NCBI GenBank assembly: GCA_964035545.1
Contig: OZ037770.1
Coordinates: forward strand, 2,760,662-2,824,661
DNA length: 64,000 bases
Reading direction: 5' to 3'
Source of the DNA: Bugula neritina
Lineage: Eukaryota; Animalia; Bryozoa
This document shows, piece by piece, positions 1 through 14,338 of this stretch (its first letter is position 1; each line of letters opens with the position of its first letter). The position numbers and the translations under genes were made by a program. The notes beneath the pieces are model-generated. The model was not told the origin of the DNA, made no database searches, and saw only the letters and a program-made list of their open reading frames with translations.

Positions 1-2013
1 CCTTAGACACAATGCAGCAACACAATTTTTAGTTTCAAATTACATTTGCCACCCTTACATGAGCTGTGGGCTTCATAAAGATTCATATGATTAGAGATTT
101 ATGCTATAGGCCCTATCTGTGCTAGTGTATGATGAAAATAACACACCATTGTCAAAGTTAACTTCAAGTATGTTGTTTTCCAGAAACTCAGTAATGTCCA
201 TTTATCTCTCGCATACAAATACTTATGTAATAGCATACAGTTTAAGTTTTATTTTAGAGCACATCTGCAAACTCTACAATAAGAGCTTGCTTTACCAGTC
301 TATTTCAGACCTGTTTTTGTAGCTAGCATTACGCAAGCTACTTATTTTTTAAACTTTTGGGTTATTTGTTCAAAACCATTAGCTTTGCTAATGGTTTTGA
401 ACAAATGCAACCTGAGACTATTGCAACAGTTGACTGCTATCAGCATCAATTGACAGCCTAATAATTATAACCCATTTGCGCGCGAAATATTCATGTAATC
501 ATAGTTACTCATATAGTGCGTGTTTGTAATATCGATGACTGCGTGGTCCAGAGGTTAGAGGCGTCAGCGAGGAGTTGGTTGGTCATGGTTCAACCCTGTT
601 TTGTTGCAATTTTTTTTATCAACTTATGCAAATCCTACGCATGTATAATAAATATGGCTATAATTGTAAAGTTTTTTTTCAACTTTTGTTCAACAGTAAG
701 ACAACATACATGCATAATAATTAGATACTGAACACTGGACTAAACCTTAAATTGATCTTATAGAATACAATGTACTTAAAATAATCATATGCGAATTAGA
801 GAAACTGAAAGTACACCTGCTGACAAGACTGCAAAGTGAAGTGATTTAGCTGAAATTAACTCTGCCAAACAAACAAAGAATTATGTTGTGCTGAGGCATT
901 TTCAATATATTATTGTAACATAGTGAGATGATTCAGCTAAGCGCTAATGTAAAACAGGGAACATTATATTGGCAGAAATCCAATAGATTGCCAATTTGTG
1001 CGAGAGGGTACTATATGTTATTGTGATAGCGCAGAGCGGCAAACGTACTAGGAATGTTATAATTAGTCACAGGAGCGTAGCTAGAACCACCATATGAAGA
1101 ATTTAGAAAATTGCAGTGAAACTTGCAAAATGGTGTATGTTTTTACCAAATTGTGAAGAGCATAAACAGAATTTCAAAAAACAAAGAAAGTATATTAGAG
1201 AAAACATATCAAGGAATGTCAAGTTTAACTTTTAGACTTTATAAAATGAATCCCCTGTGCTACAGCAGTGGAACATGGAGGGTGTAAAATTTTACTTATT
1301 ATGCAACAACTTTCTCAGAAAATTTTTTATTGAAAAATTAAAAAAGTATATGAAAGAGGAATGCAAGAGCTATCTTTTCATGTAAAATTTGTTAATGTGA
1401 GACAAAAACTGTTCGAGCTATCCCCTGGAAACCGTTTATATATAACATAAAGCAGTGCTTGAATCTGGAAAGTAATGACCTTAAACTAACTGTGTACAGC
1501 AGTTAACAATAGCATGCAATGGAAGTTAGCTATAATTAGTATAAGTTTTATAGTAGTGGTAAATCAAAGCCAACCAAAAATTTCCTTTCCATCCGATCAG
1601 AAATCCCAAACCATTTTAGTACATACTCGCACAAAATTCATTATAGAACAAAATATTAGTTTAGGCATCCAACTTTAAACCAGTATGTAAATAAAACTAA
1701 CGTATATAAGGATATTTTAGTACTGCATAAGTGGAGTGTGTCAGGGATTCTTTAACCAAGAATAAAGCTTGAAATTTGAAAAATGCTTCTAAAGCTTTTA
1801 TTTTTGTAATATTAACCTTATTTTTACAGAAAAAAGTAAACTAATTTAAGTTTAAAGATTTTTCTATGGTTGTTTGAATATAATATAATATTGCCCTTCA
1901 AATTTATTTTTTATAATCGTTATTGCATATACATGTTGCATGTACTTGAACATAGAATAACCTGACCAAGTTGGCACCATTAGTTACGCCTCCTGTACAT
2001 CTTATGTTCTCAG

Positions 2014-5000
2014 GCTAAATGGGAAAGATGCAGGAGAATGAATGAAGATGGAGTTTGTTTGTCGTATTCCGGTCTATCGTCTCGTAACAAACCCAAGTTT
2101 GACAGATACTCAGACCTGAGACAAGACGCATTCAACTCTTACATCCTGTCCATCTACAACATACGAGTCAGCCAATCAGGAACTTACTACTGCAGCGTGA
2201 AGACTGCTTTGCTGACTAAAAGAACTTACGACTACATCCATGTGTTTGTGTACGGTGAGTGTGTTTACATCTAAATATATCTAAATATGCTGCAGCATGT
2301 ACTTTCTAAATCATTCTCATATTTTAATTAAGTGATATTATTATTATTTTATTTTTTACCGCACGCACACACACACTCACACACACACACTCACACACAC
2401 ACACACACACACGCACGCATACGCTCACACACACGCATGCACGCACACGCGCACCCACGCATGCACGCACACACACACACACACACACCTATGTCACACT
2501 TTATCACTGTTGTGCTCTGATCAACTACTATAATAGAAAGTGTGATGGAAATGCACTTTGTACATGCATGTATCTAGAATGAAAGAGTAAAAAATATCTG
2601 CAGGTGAAATACATGATTATATACACATACTTGTAGAAATACCTACCATAGACCCCCTCTCCACCACTCCAGACACAGTGAGAATGGAAGGAAGTCCTGT
2701 TCAGTTGAACTGCAAGGCTTCTGGAACCCCAACACCCGTAGTTCTCTGGAGAAAGTCTGGAGGCTCTACTCCTCCTGGTGGAAATCCCAAGATTAGGGTG
2801 AGTCATGAATGAGTCATAGTTATAGTCCCTGGTCAGTTTTCTAGCTTTAAATAATATATATATATATATATATCTTCAATACACTACCAAAGCTTGCAAA
2901 GTAGTGCATGGAAAGATTCAAACCTAATTTTAATCTCAGAATACGACCTTGAACTTGGCATCATGTGACCAAGAGACTAAAGGCACATACATGTGTGTGG
3001 CCACCAACAAGTATGGTACAGCAGTGCACACCATCACTTTGGACTGCTTGGGTAAGTTTGTGTCTCAGCTGTATACACATATATCCTATGTAAGCAGCAT
3101 TCAAAATGGTGTAGAAAACATATGCTAAGATAATATATCTTGTAAGATCAGATTTTGCCGGAAGTTTGGATTCTAGTTTAGCATTTTGTTTATTTATGTC
3201 TTTCCATGTGCATACAGCAGCATTAACTCTTTTAATTGCAATCAGTACATATTATTTCTTTGTCATGAACATGCTATGAAGGAGTTAGAAATAGTAAAAT
3301 AAAATATCTATATACTCTTATAATAACCCTATTCAATAATTCTACAGCTTTCTAATAATGAAAACCATTCTGGTTATATGCTGGTGATATCAAACTGTAA
3401 CAATTTGCCATTGCAAAAGGATTCCGACATGCAATCAATAATCAATAAATCCAATGATTGATTAAGTTTTTTTTTTTGAATAATTCACTAAATTTAATAA
3501 TATATCGTATGTTGGCTTAACAACATCCAACCAACAATAGTTGGCACAAATATACTCAAAACATTTTTCTCTCTAAACATGTAAGCAAATAAGAAATGAT
3601 ATTTTGAGTATATTGGCATCTCTTGCCAAGACCATTAGTAAATCATCTACTTCAATAACAATATAGTTGGTAGTGTATACAGTATACCAAATAGAGCTAG
3701 AAACTTTCTTTCTAAATGTTTTTATCTTAGTATATTTAAGTCCAGTCTTCTGATGTCAATTCAAGCTGCATGAGCACTTGCCAATGCTTGTCAAATGGTT
3801 TAGTGACACTAATATATATATAGCAATTACAGCATGCTGTGACAGAGCATAGCAGGTGTTTTGTGGATATATCATAATAACTGCATGTCTTATTCCAGTA
3901 GAAATTTTTTTTTATTGAATTCATAAGGATCCAATCTGAAAAGAAGCTATTATAAGATTATATGACGATCATTATTAGAAAAATATACAAATTATACAAA
4001 CAAGTTTTAATGAAGAGCTCAAGTTTACTTGACTATCATTTATTTAAATCTATAATATGATTGTGGAGTTATCGTCTCCTGACTTCAGCCTTGTGCACTT
4101 TATGGTTTATACACGTCATGATAAATCAACAGCAATGCTTTATAGACCAACTATAACTTAAGCAAAATCGGACATTGGAGCACAAGCTAAGTTTAATAAA
4201 ACTGATCTCAGATAGATCTCCCTTTTACCGCAAGGGTCTGTGCTAATCCACCATATGCACCTTCAGCTATTTCTTACAGCAAAATTTGGAGAACTTCCCA
4301 AATATTATTTTCATGCATATTAACCGTTGCTATGATACTATAAATATATACTGTAGACAATGTATCAGTTATAACTCTGCCCTTTCTTCACAACAGGGCG
4401 GTGAGTTGGGGGTATTTGCATAAATATTGCACCTTTTCAGTCAAAATAAAAAAAAAAAATTTCAATTTTCAAAGTTCATAGCTATTATTTCTATGACAGA
4501 ATACTTTGTATTGTAGGGGCCCCTAAGATCGAGCCCGCACCAAGTATAATGTATCAGAAGGCAGGATACCAGGCTAAGTTGTCGTGTACAATCTTCTCCT
4601 CTCCAGGAGTTACCAGAGTTTGGTGGAAGAAGAATGGTGAAGATATTCCAGAGGATAGTCAGAGGTGATTACCTGCTAAATACTATATTATTATAATATA
4701 TACCCTGTTATATATTATAATAATACATATAGTTGTTGCATATGCTATGTACACAGTTGTTATATAACATATGTACCTTGTTGCAAAATAGTAGAGAGCA
4801 GTTTTAAGAGTTAAAGGTTGACTTGGTAAATCTAAAGGTCATGGGTTCGATCCCCAAACAAAGGCCATTGGTGATGTTAGGAGGAGCATTCAGTCATAAT
4901 TGCTCCTGTGCCTCATATGAATAAGTCCTTAGCCCGCTTTAACAAAAATCCTTTCCATCAGGGGTTTCTCACAGGGATAGGCGACTATAAATTTTCAAAG

Positions 5001-5327
5001 CTTTTGTTATAATATACCTTGTTATATATGTTATAATATAATATACCTAACATAATATGATATACTTAGTATAATATAATATAATACGTATATGTATTAC
5101 AGATACTCAGTGAGTGAAATGAAGGCAGCTCTGGGTAGAGTCATAACAAAGTTACACCTGAAGGACGGTGTACAGAACTCAGACTATGAAAGTGTATATT
5201 CCTGTCACGTACTCAATCCACTCGGATACTCTCAAGCTAATATTACCATCAACGGTAAGACAACTCCTGGTTAACCTGGCAAGTCCTAAGACTAATTAGC
5301 AGAACTAGTTTGACAAAAGTGAAGAAA

Positions 5328-5391
<64 letters not shown>

Positions 5392-6513
5392 TTTAGGAAT
5401 AGTATTTTGTCTTGTCCAAATAAATTACAAAACCACGGAGCAGCTGTGGTCTAGGGGTTAGAGTGTTTGCTTTGTGAACACGGAGTTATGGGTTCGAGCC
5501 CTGACAAAGGCCATTGGTGATGTTAGAAAGGGAATCCAGTCATAATTGCTCCTGTGCCCCATCTGAATAAATCCTCAGACCAATTTAACAAAAACCCTTT
5601 CTATCAGGAGTTTCTCAAAGGGATAGCGACTATAAACTTGTGTGAGTATAAATTGCAAAACCATAAAAACATGAACTGTAATGTGTCAGTCACCACATGC
5701 GGTCTACGGACCTTTTAACAATTTAGAAAGAATCAGGAAAGTATTGCAGACTACAGCTATAGTTTGGGGTACAGGTATGATACCCATTGAAAATTGCAGA
5801 TTTTGTTTTAAATAAATTCATTTTAGGGTTTAGGATTTTTGGTTAATACTAAATAGGCAGCTTAATACTTTAATACTTTTCATATGTAAGATGCGATCTA
5901 ATTTGCCAGGTTATTAAAAGCGTTTTTCAATAAGCCATACAAACTAGGTAATTGTGTAGATACACCTTTTCCTATGCGCACAAAGTGTAACTTAACCCAG
6001 AAATATGCAGTGACGTACATCTTCAATCTGATATCATTCAGCAAATGTAATCGTCGATAAATGAATGTTTTTATGAACGTGACTCGTTATTATTCGCTGT
6101 CTTTCACATTAGAGCTTCAAAGCAATCATCTGTAAGATATTAGAATAGCGAGTTCTTATTATAGGATGTTAAGCAATCCCTAATCAGTTGTCAAAATATT
6201 TGTACTAAACTATCAAGTTTCAGAAAGTGTTTCGAGTTTTGACGTTACTTAAAGACACAACGTCTCTAGAAACTAGTTACTAGATTGCTAAGAAAGACTA
6301 TTATATTAGTTTCTGTAACAATTATCAGAAAAAGTTTTGTTGCCTTGAAATTTTCAATAACACTTCCAACTTGTTACATCTATTTTAGAATCCTCCATAC
6401 CTAAAGCTGTAGGCGGAAAGTTAATGCCAGTATCAACCTCTTCGGGAGTTGTGTTCTCTCTCCATGACTGGCTGTTACAGCTGCTACTATTGGTGGAGTA
6501 CATGTTAGTGTGA
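2014..6513 (+). CDS. Lachesin/IgLON-like Ig-superfamily cell-adhesion protein, probably GPI-anchored; 5' end not found in the window
   Basis: Phase-consistent GT-AG exons: 2014-2254, 2637-2797, 2940-3051, 4517-4664, 5103-5254, 6389-6513 (TGA). Translation gives the second half of Ig1 ([18 protein letters not shown]), Ig2 ([38 protein letters not shown]...[13 protein letters not shown]), Ig3 (APKIEPAP...[22 protein letters not shown]...[15 protein letters not shown]) and a short hydrophobic C-terminus ([26 protein letters not shown]) with no cytoplasmic tail. Confidence 0.85.
2361..2488. repeat. Degenerate (CA)n microsatellite
   Basis: Direct inspection. Confidence 0.9.
4795..4992 (+). mobile_element. 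tRNA-derived SINE family A, copy 1
   Basis: B-box GGTTCGATCCC, core CATTGGTGATGTTAGGAGGAGCATTCAGTCATAA, tail CAGGGATAGGCGACTATAAA; alignable to the copies at 5437 and 18461. Confidence 0.75.
5331..5388. repeat. (TA)n microsatellite
   Basis: Direct inspection; similar tracts at about 6730-6812 and 10815-10890. Confidence 0.9.
5437..5652 (+). mobile_element. tRNA-derived SINE family A, copy 2
   Basis: A-box TGGTCTAGGGG, B-box GGTTCGAGCCC, shared core and tail GGGATAGCGACTATAAACTTG. Confidence 0.8.
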
Positions 6514-6778
6514 CCAGACACTGTGACAATATGTTGTGACAATACGTTGTGACATAGTTGGGAGTTGATGGTGGGAATAAGAAGAAAACAGACAGAAAAT
6601 TTCTTCTCTGCATTATTGCATATCTGCATAAATAATGATATACTGTGTCAATCAGTAATATTTCAAATGTGCACAATATATAATAAATAATATATGGTTT
6701 ATTCTCATAATACCAACTATAACATGTAATTATATATATATATATATAAATGAATATATATATATAAATATATATATA

Positions 6779-6816
<38 letters not shown>

Positions 6817-7097
6817 TTGTGATTTCCCTTCAACAGCCAGACCTACTCTACCTCTAGCATAACTTCTGACAATGTCTATTATATTGTTATCTGAGAGTGT
6901 TTATTTCTGCCGATACTAGAGCTGCCAGTAATGCTGACAATGTTTGGTGTATTTCAGTACAGCATCTCTAACACATTTTATTTTTTGTTTTTAATATCTG
7001 AATTTAAACCAAATAAAGTTTTGGATTGTGATGGTAAAACACATATATTTGTTTTTGAGATAGTTGCAATTACTTGTTATGTGATCATAAAAACATC

Positions 7098-7104
7098 GCA
7101 CACG

Positions 7105-7145
<41 letters not shown>

Positions 7146-7192
7146 ACACACGCACACACACACGCACACACATACACACACATACACACACA

Positions 7193-7255
<63 letters not shown>

Positions 7256-7501
7256 ACACACACACACACACGCACACACACACTCACACACACACACACA
7301 CACACACGCACACACACACGCACACACGCACACACACACACACACGCTCACACACGCACACACACGCACACGAACTCACACACACACGCACACGCACACA
7401 CACACGCACACACGCACACACACACACACACGCTCACACACGCACACACACGCACACACACGCACATACACACACACACACATACATACACACGAGCACA
7501 C

Positions 7502-7543
<42 letters not shown>

Positions 7544-7573
7544 ACACACACAACACACACACAACACACACAC

Positions 7574-7609
<36 letters not shown>

Positions 7610-7668
7610 CACACACACATGCACACACACACACATGCACACACACACACATGCACATACACACACAA
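7098..7668. repeat. Degenerate (CA)n microsatellite, about 570 bp
   Basis: CA runs interrupted by CG, TA and CT. Confidence 0.95.
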
Positions 7669-10011
7669 CACAGCACTTAGTTCAAATCATATTGAGCCAC
7701 TCAAACGGCTGCAATACAGAGAGTAGGCGGAGCTAGTTTAGCAGACTGTCAGCTGACTATCATACGCTGTGGGCTGTATAGTGAAAGATCACAAGAGCTG
7801 CTTCACTCATACGACAGCAGCTGACTCAGGTGACAAAGGTTAAACTTTGCTATCTGTCTACAGTAGCTGTTTACCGGAGAGTAGAATAACGTAGCTGTAG
7901 CTTCAACAAAGGTTAGTAATCCACACTAGTAGTTCATTCTGAGCAAATAATTCTGCAACTCTAACTGCCAACTCCTTTTGTTTTATTCTTTTTTTTGCAA
8001 CTTGAACTCATATTGTTCCAACAGCAAAAAGCAGCATTTTTGGCCTTTAAAGTCAGCTTTTTTAAATATTGAAAATTTGTTTTCATGAGTTTTTTGGTGA
8101 ATTTGAATAATCACGGAATCAATATTGGTTCATATATATGATCCTATAATATCAACCAACTATACAGTGTGTTATATACAGCATATTTCATATTGATATA
8201 GAGTATAGAGTCAAATGAGAGTAGTATATATTTAGTATTTACACAAGCGTGCAGGTTAAGCTATGTTGGTATAACATTTATTCTTCTATTATTTATAGAG
8301 AAGCAAATATCAAATTTAAAAATCTAAACTTTAAATTTTCTTGGCAAATAAACAAATATCAGAACATGTATTGTTAAAGGAGTTCAAGTTTTAGCAAAAC
8401 TCTTAAACCAAATCAAAATGTGTTTGTTTTAACCCAATATTCTTCTTACATGTGAGTATTACGTTATAATTAGGGGGTTTTAGTTCTATAATTATGTCAT
8501 AGAGCCCAAGTCCCACAGTTTTCCAAAGAACTCAGCCTATATGTGTTTATGGTAACAATCTTCACAATGATATCGATAGCTTCTAGATTAATTGTACATT
8601 TTTTTGCTCCAACAAGGCTGGTGCAGTGATAGAGAATTCTGGAAGAGCCTGTGTTATAACAGAAAAATCTAGGGGATCGAATGTATTTTCAATTGACAAT
8701 TGAACCTCAATGTTTTCTAAGGAAAGTTTGGGAACTTGGTCTATTGAATTTTTTCTGTCACTAGCAAAAAAAGCAATTCGAACAGAATATGCTTTCTCTA
8801 GCATCACTTAAGTTGGTCATGAAGTTGAAGGGAGTGTAGTAGGGGGGGGATTATCTATCCACTGATCCACTCATTTACCTAGGTGGATACTGTAATGAAG
8901 AAGTTAGGAAACGCATGTGTTCTAAATTAAAAATATAGACCATAAGTTGTGCTCTTTTGAGGATTTCAACTCTCCCTATACCAGATCAAAGTTTATAAGG
9001 AGAAACTCAAGAACTAAGGGCTAATGACATCTCTTCACTACTGCATTCAAATGTTTCTTACAATTATATTATAGCTAATCATTAATTCCAGATACAGGTT
9101 CATAAAATTATAAAATACTAAAATGTAGGTTTTATTATAACTGCTAGTAAGTTATTGCATCACATGCATGTATATAGTATAATCACGTAAATACAGCAAT
9201 CTTATGTAAAAGATGTCAAAAAATGTAACATTCTTCAAGCTTTACATCTATTGCCAGTTAGTTAGTAGTTAGTACACTATAACTGCTAGTAGTCAGTACT
9301 ACTACTAGTATATAGTAGTTGTTACTGCATGTAGTCAATAGTTTGTACTACAACTGCTAGTAGTTGATATACTTCAACTAGTATAGTTATTACTGTAGTT
9401 AATAGTTGGATACACTATAACTAGTAGTTATTACTGTAATAGTTAACAGTTGATACATACAACTAGTAGTCATTATTATTATAGTTATAGTAGCAGTACT
9501 ATAACAACTAGAAGTTATTACTATAATAGTTAGTAGTAGTTATAAGTAGTTGTTACTATATGCTAAGACCACATCCAGGCCGGGGTTAGCAGTCATGTAA
9601 TAAACAGCTATAAACGCTGTCATCTATGATTTTATTTCCTCAATTATGTTGAGAAATTTGATCTTTGAACTCTCTCATATTGCCATAAACTACAACAATT
9701 AGGTCATTCTTATAACTCACACTGATAACTCCCCGTGTAATCTTCATCAATACTGTTTCTAATGAGTGTTGGATTTAACATCTAGTTCTTACATAAATAC
9801 ATCACAGCATGCAAATAAATACACATTTCACTTCTCATGCAGTGATAGCCTTCATTAAATATACTGTGCATATTCCCTAATCTGTGTAAATTATAAACTA
9901 ATAGTTTTCTCTTGAAATCAGCTTATTTTTCTAAAAGTTCAGAGCTTGCTGTTGCTTAAATTGTTCAAATTATATCCAAAATATTGTTTCTGTAGCGATC
10001 AGTTTACCCAG

Positions 10012-10086
10012 TGGTTCCCGTGGTGTAACGGTTAGCGCACTTGCTTGCAAGCCGGAGGTCTTGGGTTCGATTACCAGTAGGGGCAA
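10012..10086 (+). mobile_element. tRNA-like repeat family B (TGC anticodon-like loop), copy 1
   Basis: A-box TGGTGTAACGG, loop CTTGCAA, B-box GGTTCGATT; acceptor, anticodon and T stems are mismatched. Related copies at about 13566-13625 (+) and 17350-17427 (-). Confidence 0.6.
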
Positions 10087-10842
10087 AATTATTTTTCAGT
10101 TTCATTAAACGAAACTCCTATTAACACTTCTATTGAACTTCAATTTACGTTAAAGAAAATCCGACTACAAAAACAGTGTGAGGAACACGGGCAATAGCTT
10201 CAGATCCTTACTCTTAGTGTTTATGTTAAATAGCGTATTTCTTGAAAAAGCAACTTTGTTTTTTTTACCCTCCGTAAGTTAACGTCTGATAATTGAACAT
10301 TCTTGTTAGCGGGTTCAAGTTATCAAAAGTGCTGACTCCAGAAGTGAGTTGTAACAATGCCTTCGCTGCCAATACTAACAGCTGGTAGTTTACTCTATAA
10401 ACTCACGTTGTACCGGGTTAAGTCAGCTATAAACATGACTACTTCCGCATCATAGTTTGTGGAATTGTAGCGTTGAATTTTTATATTGGATTTAGGACTT
10501 TTGGTTTGAGGTGGTGGTTGACTGTACGGTTTCAACATATATCAAGCATGAGTGTAAGATCTTAGGCTTTTTCTGAACTCAGTCAGCTTATATAGATAAT
10601 ATTTTGCTGATTTGTAAATGCATAAAATATATATTACATAGATGATATTATAGTATGATGTAGTATGATATGTTATACTATGCTATAATTATGCTATTTT
10701 ATATTATTATATTATAATATAAAATAGTGTTGTATACATGTCGTAATATTTTGCAGTTTAATTTATTATAATATAATGCAGTACAATATTTAGTGTGATA
10801 TATAATATTACAGAATATATATATATATATTCCATATATATT

Positions 10843-10892
<50 letters not shown>

Positions 10893-11461
10893 TGATATAC
10901 CATACTATACTATAATATGATGTATTATAATATAGTATGTTATATTAAAATATATATTTAATATGCTGCACAAATTAAAATATGCAGTCTATCAGCAGTC
11001 TTGTTACTCTTGTATTGTGCTTTAGTTTTATGTAACTTTTAGTAGTAATAAGTGCAGACAACTCCAACTAGCAAAGAATCTTCAGTCCTATTTTATATGA
11101 CTACTATATGCCTCATTACAGAGTATCTCTATATAAGAATTCCAGGTCTCAATGTGAAGTGTTCACATGACACTAACCTTTAGAGCAATTATTATCAAAC
11201 TCAACATTGTTACAGCAGCTGGTGACTGAGCAACCTCTTGGACTGAGAGTTGAACTCTAGATAAATCTATAGTTTTCTTTATCATTTTATAGAACTTGGG
11301 TATAAATCTTGGCACAGCTGCGTGGGGTTTATTCTGCTTGAATATTGATAACATAATGCCATGTACTACAAGCATTAGCTGTCAGTGGTTACTATCATTT
11401 AGTTTGAGTGAAACAGTTAGTAAAATTCATTTCCTGTGAGTAGAACTCAGTCCAACTCAGC

Positions 11462-11830
11462 TCAGTTACTGTAAGTAAGTAGGTCACTGCAAGTAAATAT
11501 GTTGCTGTAAGTAAGTAAGTCACTGTCAGTTAATAAGTCACTGTAAGTAAGTAGGTCACTGTTAGTAAGTATCTCACTGTTAGTTAATAAGTCACTGTTA
11601 GTTAATAAGTCACTGTAAGTAAGTAAGTCACTGTAAGTAAGTAGTTCGTTGATAGTAAAAATGTCACTGTAATTAAGTAAATCACTGTAAGTAAGTAGGT
11701 CGTTGTTAGTAAGTAAGTCACTGTTAGTTAATAAGTCACTGTAAGTAAGTAAGTCACTGTAAGTAAGTAGGTCGTTGTTAGTAAGTAAGTCACTGTTAGT
11801 AAGTAGGTCATTGTTAGTAAGTAGGTCGCT
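11462..11830. repeat. 18-bp minisatellite (GTAAGTAAGTAGGTCACT-like)
   Basis: About 20 units; yields a spurious SDLLTY-repeat ORF on the minus strand. Confidence 0.9.
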
Positions 11831-14002
11831 GCACTGTCTGATTATCAACTCTCAAGAGAAAAAAGTTCCACCGTTCATTCTGCACTTCATGAGACGAAAT
11901 TAGATGAATATTGATATTCAATCATCAAATTATATACTTGCTTTGATGCTGACAACTTTGTTTTGATAACTGGATGCTTTCATCTGCCAAAATATAGAGA
12001 GCTGCTATTCATTCTGCAGCTGGAATATTTCAACACATGACCTAATTTGTAATGATGGAACTTTAATAGAGTATTCCTTGGGTAGTGGTAGTGTGTATTT
12101 GTGAGTAGACTTTGCATTGAGCTCACCGAACCCTTCATTACAGTAACCAAGAGAACCGAATATAGCTTAAATTATTCATTTGTTCTAATATTTATAGCAT
12201 AGGCTTTTCTTGATTGTCTACATCAAACTGCGCCTATATTATTCTATCAAATGTGATGTAATATTTAGTATATTCTCTATGGCATGGCCATGCTGTGTAT
12301 GATGTCACGCGGGTACAGCTGATAGTTGAGAAATTACCTTCTCCATGTTGTTGATTTCTTTGGATTACTGCTTTAGCCTGAGATTTTAAATTACGTTTAA
12401 TGTTTTTGGCTGCCCTCTCTGCATTATAAAGACTCAGTGAATGTGTGAATTTTCACTCACTAATACTATATGCAGGTGGAAAAGTGTGTTAAATTACCGA
12501 AAGATATTTTTATAATGCTACTAGGGAACTCATTGAAACTGCCTCTGATTAGCCAAATAGAACCTTTAGCTGAGAATCATAAAAGTATAATATATATGAT
12601 AACTGCTATTATATCATCAGTTTATCAACCTTAATCTCATTCATTGCATCTACATACTATCTCTGAAAATATATTCTAGTTGTACGAATAAATTGTCTTA
12701 AAATATTAAGAGAAGTTATTATCTAATGTAGGAAAGATGCCAAAATATGTTTCCTACTAAGGAATTAGTAAATTAATTAGTAAGAGAGCAGATATAGTAA
12801 AATCTCCCCTGCAGTGTCTTTGCATACTCATGTACTAAAAGACTGGTTTATTGTTGAGAGTACATCTGTGTATTGATTCTGACTCAGGAAAACATTTCCT
12901 TCTAGAAAGTTCTGTTAAGAAAGATAATATATATAATCCTCAATATAGATATGATATGAATATAAATATTAATTATTGCTATAGGCTTGACTTTTTGCTG
13001 CAAGTGCAGTAATGGAGGAAATAAAAAACCTTTGTTCTAATTGTAATATGTAACAAAAAAATTTTTACTCGCATCTTAAAAGAAAGGTTTATTCAAAAAT
13101 TGAAAATCTTGTTTCAACTTTTCCCTATTTTCATTTACTGTCTGCTAGTTTAATTGTTTTCAGTAGCTATCTTCTTTAGTATCTTAAACTGCATTGTGTA
13201 TCTTTCTAGAATATTTAAATTCAGCCATCAAAAACTATGTAATTATAGTTATTCTGTTGAATCAATTTGTTTCACAGATTAGTATAGTGATATATTAATA
13301 CATACATTATATTATTATTATGGTGGCAGTATTGTTGCATTGGGAGTTGCTTTTCCTTTTTTGAAAATGGAATCCAAAATCATACGCCATGTAATTTGAG
13401 ATGATAAAAGTGTGATGTTTTCATTAAAACAATGTTTTCAGCTTTAAATATAGTTCTTAGAGATAAAGGAATACCATAGATTATCTTTACTCTTATTTTT
13501 CTGCTGGTAGAGTTGGCATTCAGAAGATATAAATTTTGTTGCTGTTAAAGTGTTGTGTTAACTCAGTAGCTGCTGTGGTGTGATGGTAGTGTGCCTGCTT
13601 GCAAACTGGAAGTCTTGGGTTCAAAATTTTTATCAACTTTAAGATCTAATTTTATGCAACTGAAAAGTTAAACTAAAAACTAATAGGCTACTCACAGAGC
13701 TTTAGAATGCCCTTTCAACAAACCCCTCATTTATTATGTAAAGAACAGTGCATTGTGGGGTTTAAATTGCTGCAGTGAAAGTATGATTAGCCTCATTGTT
13801 TACATGGCATAGTGTAGAGTGTGTTGAAAGGTTAGACCTGTTTATATATTTGTATGGACGTTAAAAGGCATTAATAATAAATAAGGGGATCAATACAAAT
13901 ACTACCTGAATTAAACTGTTATAGGTGTACCTGTGTTGAATAGTATAGTAACTTTAGAGCTAATGGTGGAGCTGTAGTGTTAGCTGTAGTTGTTTCTAGC
14001 TG

Positions 14003-14338
14003 ACTGTGAGAGGTAAGTACAGTAAGTATAGTCTGTGAGAGGTAAGTGTAATCTGTGAAAGGTAAGTATAGTCTGTGAGGGGTAAGTGTAATCTGTGAAA
14101 GATAAGTACAGTCTGTGAGGGGTAAGTGTAATCTGTGAAAGATAAGTACAGTCTGTGAGGGGTAAGTGTAATCTGTGAAAGGTAAGTATAGTCTGTGAGG
14201 GGTAAGTGTAATCTGTGAAAGATAAGTACAGTCTGTGAGGGGTAAGTGTAATCTGTGAAAGGTAAGTATAGTCTGTGAGGGGTAAGTGTAATCTGTGAAA
14301 GGTAAGTATAGTCCGAGAAAGGTAAGTGTAAAGTGTGA
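14003..14338. repeat. 20-bp minisatellite with 40-bp dimer structure (GGTAAGTGTAATCTGTGAAA / GGTAAGTATAGTCTGTGAGG)
   Basis: Alternating A/B units visible directly. Confidence 0.92.

Noticed and set aside
1-2013. 5' exons (signal peptide, first half of Ig1) of the lachesin-like gene
   Set aside because: No convincing spliceable exon with an Ig B-strand Cys was found; these exons probably lie upstream of the window.
10012-10086. Functional tRNA-Ala(TGC) gene
   Set aside because: Acceptor, anticodon and T stems are mismatched and diverged copies occur nearby, so it is better explained as a repeat.
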